Shown: in pieces, positions 1 through 10,853 of the stretch
How positions within the stretch are numbered: position 1 is the first letter of the stretch
Layout: the number at the start of each line of letters is the position of its first letter
DNA from: a bacterium
GTDB lineage: Bacteria; Patescibacteriota; CPR2; UBA1875; JAJYID01
DNA length: 64,000 nucleotides
Reading direction: 5' to 3'
Assembly (NCBI GenBank): GCA_021787535.1
Contig: JAJYLR010000001.1
Coordinates: forward strand, 83,648-147,647
Notes under the pieces: generated by a model
Told to the model about the DNA's origin: nothing
The model's input: the letters and a program-made list of their open reading frames with translations, nothing else
Databases searched by the model: none
Program-made: the position numbers and the translations under genes

Positions 1-2251
1 GTTTACTTTCGCCAACACTGATATAATTTTTAACTTCAGTATCACCCTTGTCGCCAACTGTTAAATCATTAATCTCTTTTTTAAAAGTTTCACGAATAGT
101 TTTTATTACCTCTGGCTCTGATAAATTTCTTAGGATATTCAAATCGAGCAGATCCACCCGTTTAATAAATAAATGATTTTGAATGAATTCTTTAACCTTG
201 CCAAAAAGAACGTCATAGCAATTGAATAATCTCAAATCGCGCATAATGGTTTGGGCAAAGAAGCCAACTACTCTTTGATAGTCTGGCGTTGTATTTGAAT
301 CCAATGTCAAAGAATGGTGAACTTCCTCGCTAACAACGTCTTTAAAAACTATTTCCTTCTTTTCCGTCTCACTAAATTCTTTAATGGGTAATTTATGATT
401 TGGAAATTTAGAAAGGTCAAGATCAGCTAAATTTTTATATTCTCGCTGGATTCTAGGAGATAATACCGGTAGTTCGATATCAAGTTTGTGCAGATCTTTT
501 TTTGAGTTTTCGCTATCTACTTCGATCACAATTGGAGCAATCGGTTTGGAGCCGACGGACATTTGGCGCTTTTCAAGGACAACACCCTCGCCTTTGATTG
601 ATTCGACAAAATCCATAAAAGCCGGCGTTCCAATAACGCTTACATATTCCTCAATAATATCTTGTCCAAAAAACATTCTTCTTAAACCTCGTCCCAGTGT
701 TTGTTCCGGCAAGATATTGCTTTTTGAAGAATAAGCTCTTAAACCAACGATTGTTGTTACGTTTTTTACGTCCCAACCTTCTTTAAGCATAAGGACCGAA
801 ATTATTGCCTTATATTTGCTGCTCCAGCCATCAATTGCGTTAGCTTGTTTTCTAAGCTCGATAAGTTCTTTTTCATCTTTACCCTTAACGCTTTCTGAAA
901 TATCACCGCTTTTGTTGGTGTGAATTGTGAGAACGGCATTTCTCATTTCATGAAAATTCTTTTCCAGATATTCCGCCACGTCATCACAATTTTTGGTGTC
1001 ATCAGTCATTACAAAAAGGATTGATTTCTTTCCGGCTTTCTCAAGCTCCTTGTATGTTTTACGCCATTCTTCGATGCCAAGGTTTAAATATTCTTCATAT
1101 TTTTCAGAAAAAACTGAGCTTTGTTTTTCTGTGAGTTTGCCTCGGCTGGCTTGATCCGGCACAACGGGTTTTTTAACAATTTGCTGATGTATGGCTTCAA
1201 CTAGGGGATAGTCAGATATAATCTGAACGAATATATTTCCATTATGATGTTTTGGAGTTGCCGTAACATCGATTTGCAAAGCAAGCTCGCCGCCTTTAAG
1301 TTTTAGCTGATTGTGAATATCTTGAATGGATTTAAACCAAGCTAATTTATCATCATGAATATGATGAGCTTCGTCATTTATTACGATCAGCTCATCGATA
1401 TCTCGCACAATTTTGCCAAGGTCTGTTTTTGACGCATTTGTTTTAGTAACCGGCTTATCTCCTAAGAAATAATTTGAAGTGTCTTCATCCTCTGGGCCTG
1501 GATCTTTAATATCTCCTTCAAAGACCCGATGAATATTAGTTAGAAATATGTTTCCGGTTTCAGAAATTGGGCCAACCTCGTCCTGCAAATGTAGTGTTAT
1601 TTGAAAATCGTCTTGCCAGTTTTGTCCGTGATAACCATTATCCGGTAAAATTGGATCTTCATAAAAGATTTTTAATCCTTCAAAATCTGTTTTAATTCTT
1701 TCTAGCACAATGATGTTCGGGGTAATGAGGAGAAAGTTTTTGGCTAAGCCAGAATCTGGCTCATAGAGTTTATGGAAATAGGCCCAGGTCAAAATTAGAC
1801 TCATAGTTTTTGTCTTGCCACTGCCGGTTGCCATTTTGATTACAAAACGCAGCCAATCTTCGGGAAACATATTTGGACTGACACGGCCGAGAGAATCATA
1901 TCGCAAAAGATCATATTTGCTTTTTACTTTTGCTACGTCATATAACCAAATAACGGTTTCGACTGCTTCTCTTTGAGCAAAGTAATATTGGAAAGGGGTA
2001 GCAACGCCATTTCTACCAAGAATATTATGTTCTTCCTTAAACCACCAGTTTAAGAGCGCTCTTGAAGTCTCTGTCGCTCCTTTATAATGATTGTCACGCC
2101 ATTCCTTTACTTGTTTACGAAGCTCAGGGACAAAAGGAGGCAAGAGCTTCTGGTATCCTTGCTCACGTAAATCTTCAGCCGCCGGAAACCAACGAATTCC
2201 CGGATCTAAGATTTCAAATGGGTTTTTGGGGAAATTTTTATGAAGTGCCAT
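1..2251 (-). CDS. Type III restriction endonuclease Res subunit (SF2 helicase-nuclease). Partial: the C-terminus runs off the window start. Not in the ORF track because there is no stop codon inside the window.
   Basis: Manual minus-strand translation from the ATG at 2251-2249 gives MALHKNFPKNPFEILDPGIRWFPAAEDLREQGYQ... with helicase motif I KMATGSGKTKTM and the DEAH box INDEAHHIH. It reads in frame to position 1. It lies immediately downstream of the Mod gene and the small gene. Confidence 0.75.
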   Translation of the reverse strand, partial: MALHKNFPKNPFEILDPGIRWFPAAEDLREQGYQKLLPPFVPELRKQVKEWRDNHYKGATETSRALLNWWFKEEHNILGRNGVATPFQYYFAQREAVETVIWLYDVAKVKSKYDLLRYDSLGRVSPNMFPEDWLRFVIKMATGSGKTKTMSLILTWAYFHKLYEPDSGLAKNFLLITPNIIVLERIKTDFEGLKIFYEDPILPDNGYHGQNWQDDFQITLHLQDEVGPISETGNIFLTNIHRVFEGDIKDPGPEDEDTSNYFLGDKPVTKTNASKTDLGKIVRDIDELIVINDEAHHIHDDKLAWFKSIQDIHNQLKLKGGELALQIDVTATPKHHNGNIFVQIISDYPLVEAIHQQIVKKPVVPDQASRGKLTEKQSSVFSEKYEEYLNLGIEEWRKTYKELEKAGKKSILFVMTDDTKNCDDVAEYLEKNFHEMRNAVLTIHTNKSGDISESVKGKDEKELIELRKQANAIDGWSSKYKAIISVLMLKEGWDVKNVTTIVGLRAYSSKSNILPEQTLGRGLRRMFFGQDIIEEYVSVIGTPAFMDFVESIKGEGVVLEKRQMSVGSKPIAPIVIEVDSENSKKDLHKLDIELPVLSPRIQREYKNLADLDLSKFPNHKLPIKEFSETEKKEIVFKDVVSEEVHHSLTLDSNTTPDYQRVVGFFAQTIMRDLRLFNCYDVLFGKVKEFIQNHLFIKRVDLLDLNILRNLSEPEVIKTIRETFKKEINDLTVGDKGDTEVKNYISVGESK

Positions 2252-2253
2252 TG

Positions 2254-2913
2254 CTATCCTTGAGATGCTATCTTACTTATTTTCTCTAATGCGGAAGTTC
2301 CAGATAATATTTTTACAGAGTCTATTGCAGCTTTAATTTGTTGAGAAAGAACTAAAGGTGATATGAACCATTGTTTGTTTAAAATGTTTGTTATTTTTTT
2401 CCATTCATCAATAGCGTTTTCTTCTAACTTCTGTAATTCAATGTCTTTGTTTTTTTTATCATTAATTTTATCGAATGCTTTTTGATTTAGATCGACTAGT
2501 TTTTGTATGCCAACATTTACTTGGCTATGAAACATTGAGTATAATACTTTGTCATGTTCACTAATGCGATCATCTAGTATCTGACATGAATTATAAAAAT
2601 CATTTACTAGTTCGTACTCATCGGAACTCAATTTTTTAATAAAAATATGACCATAATCTTTCCAACTATTTTTAGGTAGTAGTCGTTCAGGAATTAAGGT
2701 AGTTCCATTAAAATTGAAGTTCTTTAAAACCGAGATTACTCTCTGTGCGTTTAATACTTCAGATAAAATTGTTTCGGCGGCCTCGCGCCTTTTATTTTTT
2801 TGATATGTCTGAAATCGCCAAATAGCAACAAAAATCGACATCAAAGCTAGTATGCCAGTTGATTGATCGCTAAATATCCATTTTGCTATCTCAATGACAG
2901 GAATATTAATCAT
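2254..2913 (-). CDS. Hypothetical membrane-anchored protein (219 aa) inserted between mod and res of the Type III R-M operon
   Basis: ORF with an N-terminal hydrophobic segment ([12 protein letters not shown]) followed by a charged, coiled-coil-like region. Its start overlaps the mod stop (ATGA at 2910-2913). Its stop at 2254-2256 lies 2 nt before the res ATG, which suggests translational coupling. Confidence 0.5.
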   Translation of the reverse strand: MINIPVIEIAKWIFSDQSTGILALMSIFVAIWRFQTYQKNKRREAAETILSEVLNAQRVISVLKNFNFNGTTLIPERLLPKNSWKDYGHIFIKKLSSDEYELVNDFYNSCQILDDRISEHDKVLYSMFHSQVNVGIQKLVDLNQKAFDKINDKKNKDIELQKLEENAIDEWKKITNILNKQWFISPLVLSQQIKAAIDSVKILSGTSALEKISKIASQG

Positions 2914-5075
2914 ACATTCACCTCAATAACTTTCGTCGTATCGTTGCCAAAGATATCGACAACTTTTACAGCAATTTTATATTTTCCAGGAAGAACTTCT
3001 TTTGAAGAGGAAATTAATTCTAAATTTCTATTTTTCTTTGTTCTGAAAGATTGCCACTCATTTTCAAAGATGTAATTGCCGGTCCAGACTTCTTCAATCT
3101 CACCATTTTCTTTTTGTCGTGCCATTATTTCTTTTTTACTTGCGAAGTTAAAGTCTATCGCCCAGTAATCAACCCAATCTGCCCAATGTTTTGTTAAAAT
3201 TTCTCGTTCAATAATCCCTGATGCTTTATCTTTTGTAAGTTTAATGACCTTGCCGTCCTCAATAGCAATCTTGCTGCTTCCGGCTGATAATTTTTCTTCG
3301 ATTTCTCCCGTGTTTTCTTGGTTATAAAAAACGCTAAAATCAGTTAGCTCAATGGCGATTGTTTTTTTCTTAACAACTGGTTTTACCTCGATGTATGCCA
3401 CGTCATAAAATTTAACTTGGCCCTTTTCGACTGCTTTTCGGTCAAACACTTCTCGGGGAATAACTTTAAATTGTAGGTCTACGCCTCTTTGTCGTATTTC
3501 TGAAAAGTCTATTCCCATTTCGTAATCAAAACCCAAAATATCAGCTTTTAGAATTTCTTTTTCTCTGCATTCGGTTACAACATCTTCAATAAAGCTTGAG
3601 GTAATTGGATTATCGATTGGACCGACTGCAACCAAACGGTCTCTCTTCTTTCCTACAAAAGAAGTAAAAGAATCAACTGGCTCTGCCTTGTAAGCAGCCA
3701 AGATAAGTTTGATAAACTCCTTTTCTTTCCTCTCCAAAACTTTTGCTCTCTGTTCTTTTCTCAAATCCATCCCAGATGAAACATAATATTCGCGTTCATA
3801 CTTTCCGATATTTAAAATCTCGAACGGACGAAAATTTTTACCTGCTTTCTTTAATTCTCTCTGAATCCCAATCATTCTTTTTCTGGTTGTATGAATTGAG
3901 AATCTGCCAAGGTCAGATCCAATCCACTTCCTGCCAAGCTTTTCTGCCACCGCGAGCGTTGTGCCAGATCCACAAAAAAAATCAGCTATGATATCACCTT
4001 CACTGGAAGAGGCTTTCATGATACGTTCTAATAATTTTTCTGGTTTTTGGGTTGGATAATCTACTTTTTCTCTCAGGTCCTTAGGATCAACCGCCTTAAC
4101 ATTCCATACAGAATCTACTGTATTTCCTTCTATTCTTAAAATCACATCATTTGGTCCTGGTTTTCTGTGGTTTTCCTTTAGAAATCTATTATAGTAACCC
4201 TTAAATCGTGAGTCTGTTTTTGGATAATTTGCACCGGTAATCTCATTGTTTTCATTTAAATATTGGTTCCACCTTGTAAAGTCAATCGTTTGTTCGGGAT
4301 TTTCATCCTTCAAAAGATGAAAAATAGGGCTGTCAGTTTTACTATAAATAAGAATAGTATCATGTTTACGTGGAAAGTAGTTTTTAACCTGCCCCTGGTA
4401 TGTTTGATAATGCCAAACGATCTCATTTCTAAACATTTCTCTCCCCAACAATTCATCAAGAATAATTTTAATATAACTATTTACCCTATAATCGCAGTGA
4501 ACATAAATACTGCCATCATCAGCAAGCAGATCACGCATGAGCGAAAGGCGTTCGTAAATCATTGAGATAAAGCTATCGGCACCCTTGCCCCAAGTATCAC
4601 GGTAGGCGATTTCTTCTATCACTGAAGGCTTTTTTGTAAATGATTCATCGCCAATTTCAATATTCATTGAAAAGTCGGCGCCAACATCAAATGGCGGATC
4701 TATGTAGATAAGTTTCAGTCCGCCCTGAGCTTCTATTTCTCTCCTTAATGGTCCGTTTTTGAGCGATGAAAGAATGAGTTTGTTGTCACCCCAAATGAGT
4801 TTATTCGTCCAATCTTGTATTTGCTGACCGGAAGTATCAAAAAGTTGAACTTGACGATCTCTTTGCTCTTCGCTTCGAGGCTCGTCGATATGTTCAATGG
4901 TTTGGAATGGTAATACTAGATTAGTAATCTCATTTGTTTTTCCATTCCAAATAAGCTCAACCTCTCGCTTATCTTCAAACAAAAGAAAACGATATTTGTC
5001 AGGAAGATGTTTTCCTTTCTCCAAATATTTTCTTACATCTCTTTTTTCATTATCACTGAGATCTAGATTTGCCAC
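2910..5075 (-). CDS. Type III R-M system Mod subunit (beta-class N6-adenine/N4-cytosine DNA methyltransferase)
   Basis: Motif [15 protein letters not shown] comes before motif [14 protein letters not shown], the beta-class order. Size is 721 aa, with a central region consistent with a target-recognition domain, and res is adjacent. Confidence 0.85.
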   Translation of the reverse strand: MANLDLSDNEKRDVRKYLEKGKHLPDKYRFLLFEDKREVELIWNGKTNEITNLVLPFQTIEHIDEPRSEEQRDRQVQLFDTSGQQIQDWTNKLIWGDNKLILSSLKNGPLRREIEAQGGLKLIYIDPPFDVGADFSMNIEIGDESFTKKPSVIEEIAYRDTWGKGADSFISMIYERLSLMRDLLADDGSIYVHCDYRVNSYIKIILDELLGREMFRNEIVWHYQTYQGQVKNYFPRKHDTILIYSKTDSPIFHLLKDENPEQTIDFTRWNQYLNENNEITGANYPKTDSRFKGYYNRFLKENHRKPGPNDVILRIEGNTVDSVWNVKAVDPKDLREKVDYPTQKPEKLLERIMKASSSEGDIIADFFCGSGTTLAVAEKLGRKWIGSDLGRFSIHTTRKRMIGIQRELKKAGKNFRPFEILNIGKYEREYYVSSGMDLRKEQRAKVLERKEKEFIKLILAAYKAEPVDSFTSFVGKKRDRLVAVGPIDNPITSSFIEDVVTECREKEILKADILGFDYEMGIDFSEIRQRGVDLQFKVIPREVFDRKAVEKGQVKFYDVAYIEVKPVVKKKTIAIELTDFSVFYNQENTGEIEEKLSAGSSKIAIEDGKVIKLTKDKASGIIEREILTKHWADWVDYWAIDFNFASKKEIMARQKENGEIEEVWTGNYIFENEWQSFRTKKNRNLELISSSKEVLPGKYKIAVKVVDIFGNDTTKVIEVNV

Positions 5076-5336
5076 CTTGAAAACCCCTTATCGTCTTATT
5101 GTTAGCTTAATTTTAGCATTTCTAAGCGTAAAAATAAAGAATGAAGTCGTGTAATTGCGAGTTCTCCTCCTGCCATTTCTTCAAGTATATGAACAGGTCT
5201 AGCCAAGTCAAGGTAGTCTAAGATAGTTTTCTTAGCTCCACCTTAGACTTGCCCAGCGTGCTGTTCCTCTCCTTTTGATCAAAGGCGGAGGTCGAACCGC
5301 TTTTGAAGTACTGAGTTAATTGAAAGGAGAGACAAG

Positions 5337-5648
5337 ATGTGTAATCAAGTTTCTAAAGTAGCTTTGCTTAACGATCAGTTCAGAAGATCGGGCCAAGGAG
5401 TAACCTTGACTTGCGATGTGGCGGAAATAGCTGATCTGTCCGGACTGATGAAGAAAGTCCGCTCATTCAAGGAATTTAATAAAAATAACGATCCTTGGAA
5501 TGAGCATGACTTTGGAAGACTGAATTGGAAAGGTGAAAGGGTCTTCTGGAAAATCGACTATTTCAACAAGACTCTTGATGAATGGGAAGATCCGCTATCT
5601 CCCGACTGTAAAAGGCTAATGACCGTGATGCTCGCTGAAGATTACTAG
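5337..5648 (+). CDS. Hypothetical 103-aa protein with a WNEHDFGRL motif, reminiscent of small plasmid-borne DUF3768-type proteins
   Basis: ORF followed by a hairpin plus T-run terminator. The DUF3768 family guess is from memory of an HDFG motif only. Confidence 0.35.
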   Translation: MCNQVSKVALLNDQFRRSGQGVTLTCDVAEIADLSGLMKKVRSFKEFNKNNDPWNEHDFGRLNWKGERVFWKIDYFNKTLDEWEDPLSPDCKRLMTVMLAEDY

Positions 5649-5671
5649 AAGCTAAACAGCCAAACAAATTA

Positions 5672-5707
5672 AGCCCTGAGAGTTTAGGCTCTTGGGGCTT
5701 TTTTTGT
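5672..5707 (+). terminator. Rho-independent terminator
   Basis: aagccc-tgagagtttaggctcttg-gggctt hairpin followed by tttttttg. Confidence 0.6.
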
Positions 5708-5814
5708 GGCTGGGGTTAATTGATTGTAAATGAGCTTTCATAAAAACTTCAGGCCGCCCTGTAGGGCGGCCTTGATTGGTGCGTGTTTTTGCTGGGGCAG
5801 CAGCGAACTTTCGA

Positions 5815-6369
5815 TTACCGATTCCATATAGATCTAATACCGACTGAATTCATATATTTACTTTGTTCACGAATATGGCCGATTAACCGATGAACAACAC
5901 TATTAAGACGTTCATCGTGTACTCTCTGTCCCTCATTATAAAGATCTTGATATAGGGCACCGAACACTAAAGCCAACTCGTAATGTGCTCTCGGAACCTC
6001 TTGACCAGACCCAGCGGAGTCGAGATCGTTTATGGCAACAAATGATCCTTTGCAAAACCACTTGTTGCAAAAATCCCACCACTCTCCTGTTATCTTACTT
6101 ATCTGGGAAGGTGCGAGGTGTTGATAACCAAAAGCTCCCCTGATGGGAATCGGGCAAAAGGGGTACTCAGTGTAGAAATGAACACTCGTCAGATTTAAGG
6201 GATTAGTGGTAGTTGTGCACAAGTTGAGCAAATCTACCCTGACCATTCCATGAAGGTCAGTGACTCCATCATGGAAAAACTTAACGCGAATTATTATTTT
6301 CTTTTCAAGTGTTTTTAGGAGACTATTATTTAGCTGTGCTGTTTTCATCCGCGTCCTTTCAATCACCAT
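5815..6369 (-). CDS. Hypothetical protein (184 aa)
   Basis: Clean ORF with no recognisable motifs, sitting inside the accessory block. Confidence 0.4.
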   Translation of the reverse strand: MVIERTRMKTAQLNNSLLKTLEKKIIIRVKFFHDGVTDLHGMVRVDLLNLCTTTTNPLNLTSVHFYTEYPFCPIPIRGAFGYQHLAPSQISKITGEWWDFCNKWFCKGSFVAINDLDSAGSGQEVPRAHYELALVFGALYQDLYNEGQRVHDERLNSVVHRLIGHIREQSKYMNSVGIRSIWNR

Positions 6370-6675
6370 TGGAATTTCACCAGTTGGCTATGATAAGGTT
6401 CTGGCCGTTTGAATCACCATTGGACTAATCCAGATGGCTATCTGGCCCTGACAACTCTCCTGCCCGAGAGTACAAGGATTATACTATATTTAAGCCATTT
6501 CCTCAACCCTGATTTGTAACTCGAATATAAAGAAGAGTTATCCTGAAATTTCTCATTATTTTTGTAACCTAGCTTTAAATAAGTTTTGAAGAGACGAACA
6601 AAATAAAACTCCCAAAACGGGAGTTTATTTGAAACTTGTTTAAAGATTGGTGGCAAATGCACCATATAACCATAG

Positions 6676-7443
6676 TTATATTCTCTTCCATATATCCCCG
6701 GTAAGGCCAAACTGCCTTGCCTTGGCTTCGGTCGTCAAATGGATTGCCAGTTCCGGTTCATCCAACAGGGCAAGTCTGGTTTTGAAATAGCGCTTCACAT
6801 AAGTTAGTACGTCGTTGCTTGGGCAGATTATCAAAATAGTTGGAAAGTCCGTTTCTGTCTCAGCTTCCCAGTCGCTCCACTGATAAAAAGAAAGATATTT
6901 TCTGACTCTTTGCCTTAATCTTTCCTTTGGCACATTGTAAAGTATCTCCAAGAAATAATCTTTGGTTTGATTCTTGGTCGTTTGCCGAATATAGGCGGTT
7001 GGCGAGAGGTCTTTCAAGAGTTCCCCCGAGGGGTGATTATCATACTCGCTTTTCACACTCACTTCGAATCTCACTTTCCGGCTGTCTCTGTTTGTTAGAT
7101 CAAGGCAAATGTCGGCAAGCAAAAGACAGGAATTTATGAAAGAAACTGATCTTTCATTTTCCCTGTAATATTTCTGGACTGTTTTGACAGATATATTTTT
7201 ATGCTCCTTTAAATAACGGATGCCGGCTTTGGCGAGATGGTACACGGCCGGCTGAGTGTTTTTGCAAGAAGGCTTAATATATTCTTTTTTGCTCAAGTCT
7301 TTCAGCCACCTGTTTATTCCTGCTTCATCTTTATGACGCAAAAATCTTTGGATCTGAATGCGATTTAAGAACCTGTAACGAAATAAAAGAGATATAATCT
7401 CTCCCTGCCTTTTGGTTATGTCTGTTTCTTCTGTGTTAGCCAT
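6676..7443 (-). CDS. Replication-relaxation family protein (winged-helix, plasmid/ICE-associated)
   Basis: The N-terminus TDITKRQGEIISLLFRYRFLNRIQIQRFL is typical of the replication-relaxation family. It is 255 aa and adjacent to the coupling-ATPase gene. Confidence 0.5.
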   Translation of the reverse strand: MANTEETDITKRQGEIISLLFRYRFLNRIQIQRFLRHKDEAGINRWLKDLSKKEYIKPSCKNTQPAVYHLAKAGIRYLKEHKNISVKTVQKYYRENERSVSFINSCLLLADICLDLTNRDSRKVRFEVSVKSEYDNHPSGELLKDLSPTAYIRQTTKNQTKDYFLEILYNVPKERLRQRVRKYLSFYQWSDWEAETETDFPTILIICPSNDVLTYVKRYFKTRLALLDEPELAIHLTTEAKARQFGLTGDIWKRI

Positions 7444-7584
7444 TGGTTTAATTGTTCTTTCAAAAATGGATATATTAGCTTATACAATTCTGCCAATCCC
7501 TTCCTGCACCTTTCTTGTATGGGTAGAGGTAAAAGAATTAAGATGTTTTGAACTTGAAAATTGCAAATTTTTGTCGCAGCAAGA

Positions 7585-10422
7585 TTACTTTGGGAGGAGC
7601 TCTTCTTCGTCTTTTTCGGTCAGCTCGCCAAGCTCCGGATTGCCTTTACTAACAATGGATTTAATCTCTTTAACTTCTTGTTGGACGGCTTTCTTTTCTT
7701 TGATTTGGTTGATTTTAGCCGCGTATCTTTTCCTGGACTCTCTGATCACGGCTTGGGCGGTCTTCGGATCCGCCTTAACCTTGAAATCGTAAGAGCCGGC
7801 CAGAAAACTGTCTTCGGCTTTTCCGACTGCGACCTTCATATAGAAGCGGTATAAGGGGAGATTTGCGATTTCATATTTTGAAACTTCCGGGGAAAAGATG
7901 GGCAGAATAAATTGTTCGTCTTCCGGATTGGCTGTCCTAAAACAGATGACCGTGCCGACATTGGCTAAAATCACTTTAACGATATCCCTGTTCTCTATTT
8001 GCGAGACAGACTGGTGAGCCATAACAACTGAGAGCCGGTATTTGCGGGCTTCTGAGACCAGCTCGGCAAAAGTATTGGTGGCGAAGTTCTGAAACTCATC
8101 GACATATAAAAAGAAGTCTTTTCTTTTTTCTTCGCTGGTTCGGGCTCTTTTTAAAGCGGCCAATTGAATCTTGGCAATGACAAGGGAGCCGAAGAAACTG
8201 GACTCGTCTTCGCCGATTTTGCCTTTTGACAGATCGCAGAGCAAAATCTTTCCCGAATCCATCGCTTCTTCAAAGTCCAGCTTTGAATGAACTTGAGTTA
8301 AGATATTGTAATTGATCGGAGAAGCAAGCAGGCCGCCGATTTTATTGGTAATCGGCGAAATCACCGAGTTTCGCTGCAATGCTCCCAGTTTCTCGAACTC
8401 GTAAGTCCAGTAATCCTTTAAGACCTCATTATCCAGGTTTTTCACGATCTCTTTTCGGTATCTGGTTTTGGTGAGCAGATCAAGGACCGTCTTTAAAGTC
8501 GGGTCTTTTGTTTCAAGAGCCGTCAGGATTGTATTTCTAAGGACGTACTCCATTCTCGGCCCGAAGAACTTGGCGTCGTAGAACTTTTGGATAATGGAGA
8601 TAATCGAGCTTGTGACCAAAGACTTTTGTTTTTGGAGCTGGCTTAGAGTCTGCTCTTTGTCTTTTGGCAGTTCCAGTAAGTTTAAAGCTATCGGGTAAGC
8701 GTCATCATCGGGGGCAAACCAAATGACATCCTTGGCTCTTTCTTTGGGAATCGCTTTTAATATTTCCTCGACCAGCTGTCCGTGAGGGTCAATGACGCCG
8801 ACGCCCTTGCCGGCTTTAATGTCATTTAAGATCATATTGGCCAATAGGGTGGTTTTGCCCGAGCCGGTCGCCCCCAGAATATATGTGTGCCTTCTTCTTT
8901 CTTCCAGCGTTTGGCCGATGGGCGTCTCTGTCCCGCCGTAAGTGTTTTTGGCAAAAACATTGTCGAACTTGGTGGCGCTTTTCTTGAAGGAAAGCGGAGC
9001 TGAAAGCTCGGAGCTTTTAGCTTTCACTAAATCTTCTGTTCTGGCAAGCGAATGCGGAAAATGATAAAGGCCGGCCAGTTCTGAGACTGAGAGAATCGGG
9101 TTTGAGAATGCCGCGAGCCGGCGGCCGGCAAGGTTGCTTAGCGTCCATTGATTGAATAAGGGAAGGCTTAGCTTCTTGAGTAATGACTGATGAGCATTAG
9201 ACAGGCCATGGAGGGAAGCTAAAAAGCCTGAAGTCCTAAGATCATAGTCAGCGCTTGAATCCGTTTTGGCAAACATCCTGATTGAAGTTTCAAACATGGG
9301 CTGATCTGTTTTGCCTTTGACCTTATCCCTTAACTCCTGCTCGATAGGATTTGCCACATTCTCATTTGAATGCGGTTTGTTAATGACATAAAGATCGGTC
9401 GGACCGTCGTTAAGAATATAGGTAGCCATTTTCAGCGGAATCTTAATGAACCAGGCCAAAGCCAGGAGCAAGGCTTTGGCTATCGCAAGCGGAGTAGCCA
9501 AGGCTTTTTCAAAAGGTGTTTTAAAAAGTTCTCCGCTTAACGGTTCGTTTCTAAGCATGGACACGTTCAGCTTTCTAATTCGCTTTAATACTCCCTTGTG
9601 AGTTGACTTTTTGACCGGAGTAACCACTATCTGAAAAACCATCAGCTCGCCGTCTTTTAATTTGGTCATCTGGCCTGTAAGATAGGCGATTTGATCATGC
9701 TCTTTTAAGCTGCCTTGCTCTTCCAGGGGCAAAGCAAAGTCGCTTGCCAGCTTTAGCTCGGTTACGCCTTCTTTAGTTTGGCTTTTTTTGCCGGCAATGT
9801 CATTTGATATATAGTCCTTCACCTTGGTCACCTTCAGCCCCGGCATAAACGACAGCAGGGATTTTTCAATAATCGGCGCTTCTTTTTTTGATATTCCCAA
9901 GATATATCTGATCCCTTCTTCTTTTGAGGCCGTTATCTCAAACGCATATCTTTTCTTGTACCTCAGAAGTTTATATACCCCTCTATTTTGCCTGGCCAGC
10001 GAATGCAGATGGGTGAAGAGCTGTTTGGTGGCGTAAGGTGTTTTGTCGGTACGGGCCGGAAAGACCAGTTCAAGATAGGTGAGCGGTTCTTTTTTGGACA
10101 GCCGGTTTAACAAGTATCTTTTCAGGAGATATATGCCGATTAGGATGAGGATGATTATGAGGATAAAGCCCGGGAATGAAAAGTGAGAGGCAGAGAGATT
10201 ATTTAGCCATTCAAAAAAGGCCAGCTTCCAGCTGATCGGCCCGGGAATGATAACGATTGTATAGAGAAAAGCTTTTTGCAGGCCGGTCAGTGGAGCGTTA
10301 TGCTTAAGAGCAAGCAAAAGACCGGTTGCAAACTTGCCGTCGTGAGGCGAAGGCGTATAGCCGGTTAGCATTTTGTTCTGAGACGAAGAAAGAAGGATTT
10401 GAGTTAAAGAAAAAGATTTCAT
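7585..10422 (-). CDS. VirD4/TraD/TraG-type coupling-protein-like P-loop ATPase (FtsK/HerA superfamily) with an N-terminal membrane anchor
   Basis: Two N-terminal TM segments are followed by an unusual ~400-aa spacer. Then come Walker A ILGATGSGKTTLL, Walker B FFLYVDEFQNF and the MAHQSVSQI motif characteristic of type IV coupling proteins. Confidence 0.6.
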   Translation of the reverse strand: MKSFSLTQILLSSSQNKMLTGYTPSPHDGKFATGLLLALKHNAPLTGLQKAFLYTIVIIPGPISWKLAFFEWLNNLSASHFSFPGFILIIILILIGIYLLKRYLLNRLSKKEPLTYLELVFPARTDKTPYATKQLFTHLHSLARQNRGVYKLLRYKKRYAFEITASKEEGIRYILGISKKEAPIIEKSLLSFMPGLKVTKVKDYISNDIAGKKSQTKEGVTELKLASDFALPLEEQGSLKEHDQIAYLTGQMTKLKDGELMVFQIVVTPVKKSTHKGVLKRIRKLNVSMLRNEPLSGELFKTPFEKALATPLAIAKALLLALAWFIKIPLKMATYILNDGPTDLYVINKPHSNENVANPIEQELRDKVKGKTDQPMFETSIRMFAKTDSSADYDLRTSGFLASLHGLSNAHQSLLKKLSLPLFNQWTLSNLAGRRLAAFSNPILSVSELAGLYHFPHSLARTEDLVKAKSSELSAPLSFKKSATKFDNVFAKNTYGGTETPIGQTLEERRRHTYILGATGSGKTTLLANMILNDIKAGKGVGVIDPHGQLVEEILKAIPKERAKDVIWFAPDDDAYPIALNLLELPKDKEQTLSQLQKQKSLVTSSIISIIQKFYDAKFFGPRMEYVLRNTILTALETKDPTLKTVLDLLTKTRYRKEIVKNLDNEVLKDYWTYEFEKLGALQRNSVISPITNKIGGLLASPINYNILTQVHSKLDFEEAMDSGKILLCDLSKGKIGEDESSFFGSLVIAKIQLAALKRARTSEEKRKDFFLYVDEFQNFATNTFAELVSEARKYRLSVVMAHQSVSQIENRDIVKVILANVGTVICFRTANPEDEQFILPIFSPEVSKYEIANLPLYRFYMKVAVGKAEDSFLAGSYDFKVKADPKTAQAVIRESRKRYAAKINQIKEKKAVQQEVKEIKSIVSKGNPELGELTEKDEEELLPK

Positions 10423-10544
10423 CTTTAAAACTCCAACCCTCCTTAATTTAAGGACAGCATAACAAATATGGGGCCAAACGGCAATTGTTTTTTGCTGTCA
10501 AAAATGGGTTTTTAGAGATATAATTGAAGGCGTGAGGAGGAAGA

Positions 10545-10772
10545 ATGGCAAAAACTATTGAAGAACATATAGCGGAAATGGATCCGGAGATTGTGGAAAT
10601 AGGAAAAAGCATAGCGAAAGAACGCTGGAACGAAAGGCTAAAAGAGGAAACAATCTTAACGCCCGAGCTTCAAGAGCAGGAAATCGTTGGAATGATCGAG
10701 GTAGGGCCTAAGCGCGCTGAAGCCATCAGATCTAAATATGAGACTAGGATAACTGAGTTGGATAGAAAATAA
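10545..10772 (+). CDS. Small hypothetical protein (75 aa)
   Basis: ORF preceded by a ggaggaag RBS. Confidence 0.3.
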   Translation: MAKTIEEHIAEMDPEIVEIGKSIAKERWNERLKEETILTPELQEQEIVGMIEVGPKRAEAIRSKYETRITELDRK

Positions 10773-10853
10773 AGTAGCTTACAATCTATTATTCTTAATT
10801 GTAATTTTAAGCGTTCAGTAGTAAAATATTGAGTACTAAAAAGAGAGGAAGTT

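Noticed and set aside
5160-5335. tRNA-like T-arm motif (ggcggaggtcgaaccgc) upstream of the 103-aa ORF
   Set aside because: No matching acceptor stem, D-arm or anticodon arm could be built on either strand. It is more likely a weak hairpin.
7412-7854. Plus-strand ORFs 7412-7792 and 7561-7854 opposite the coupling-ATPase and replication-relaxation genes
   Set aside because: They overlap the 3' end of a long, motif-supported minus-strand CDS. They are hydrophobic junk with no RBS.
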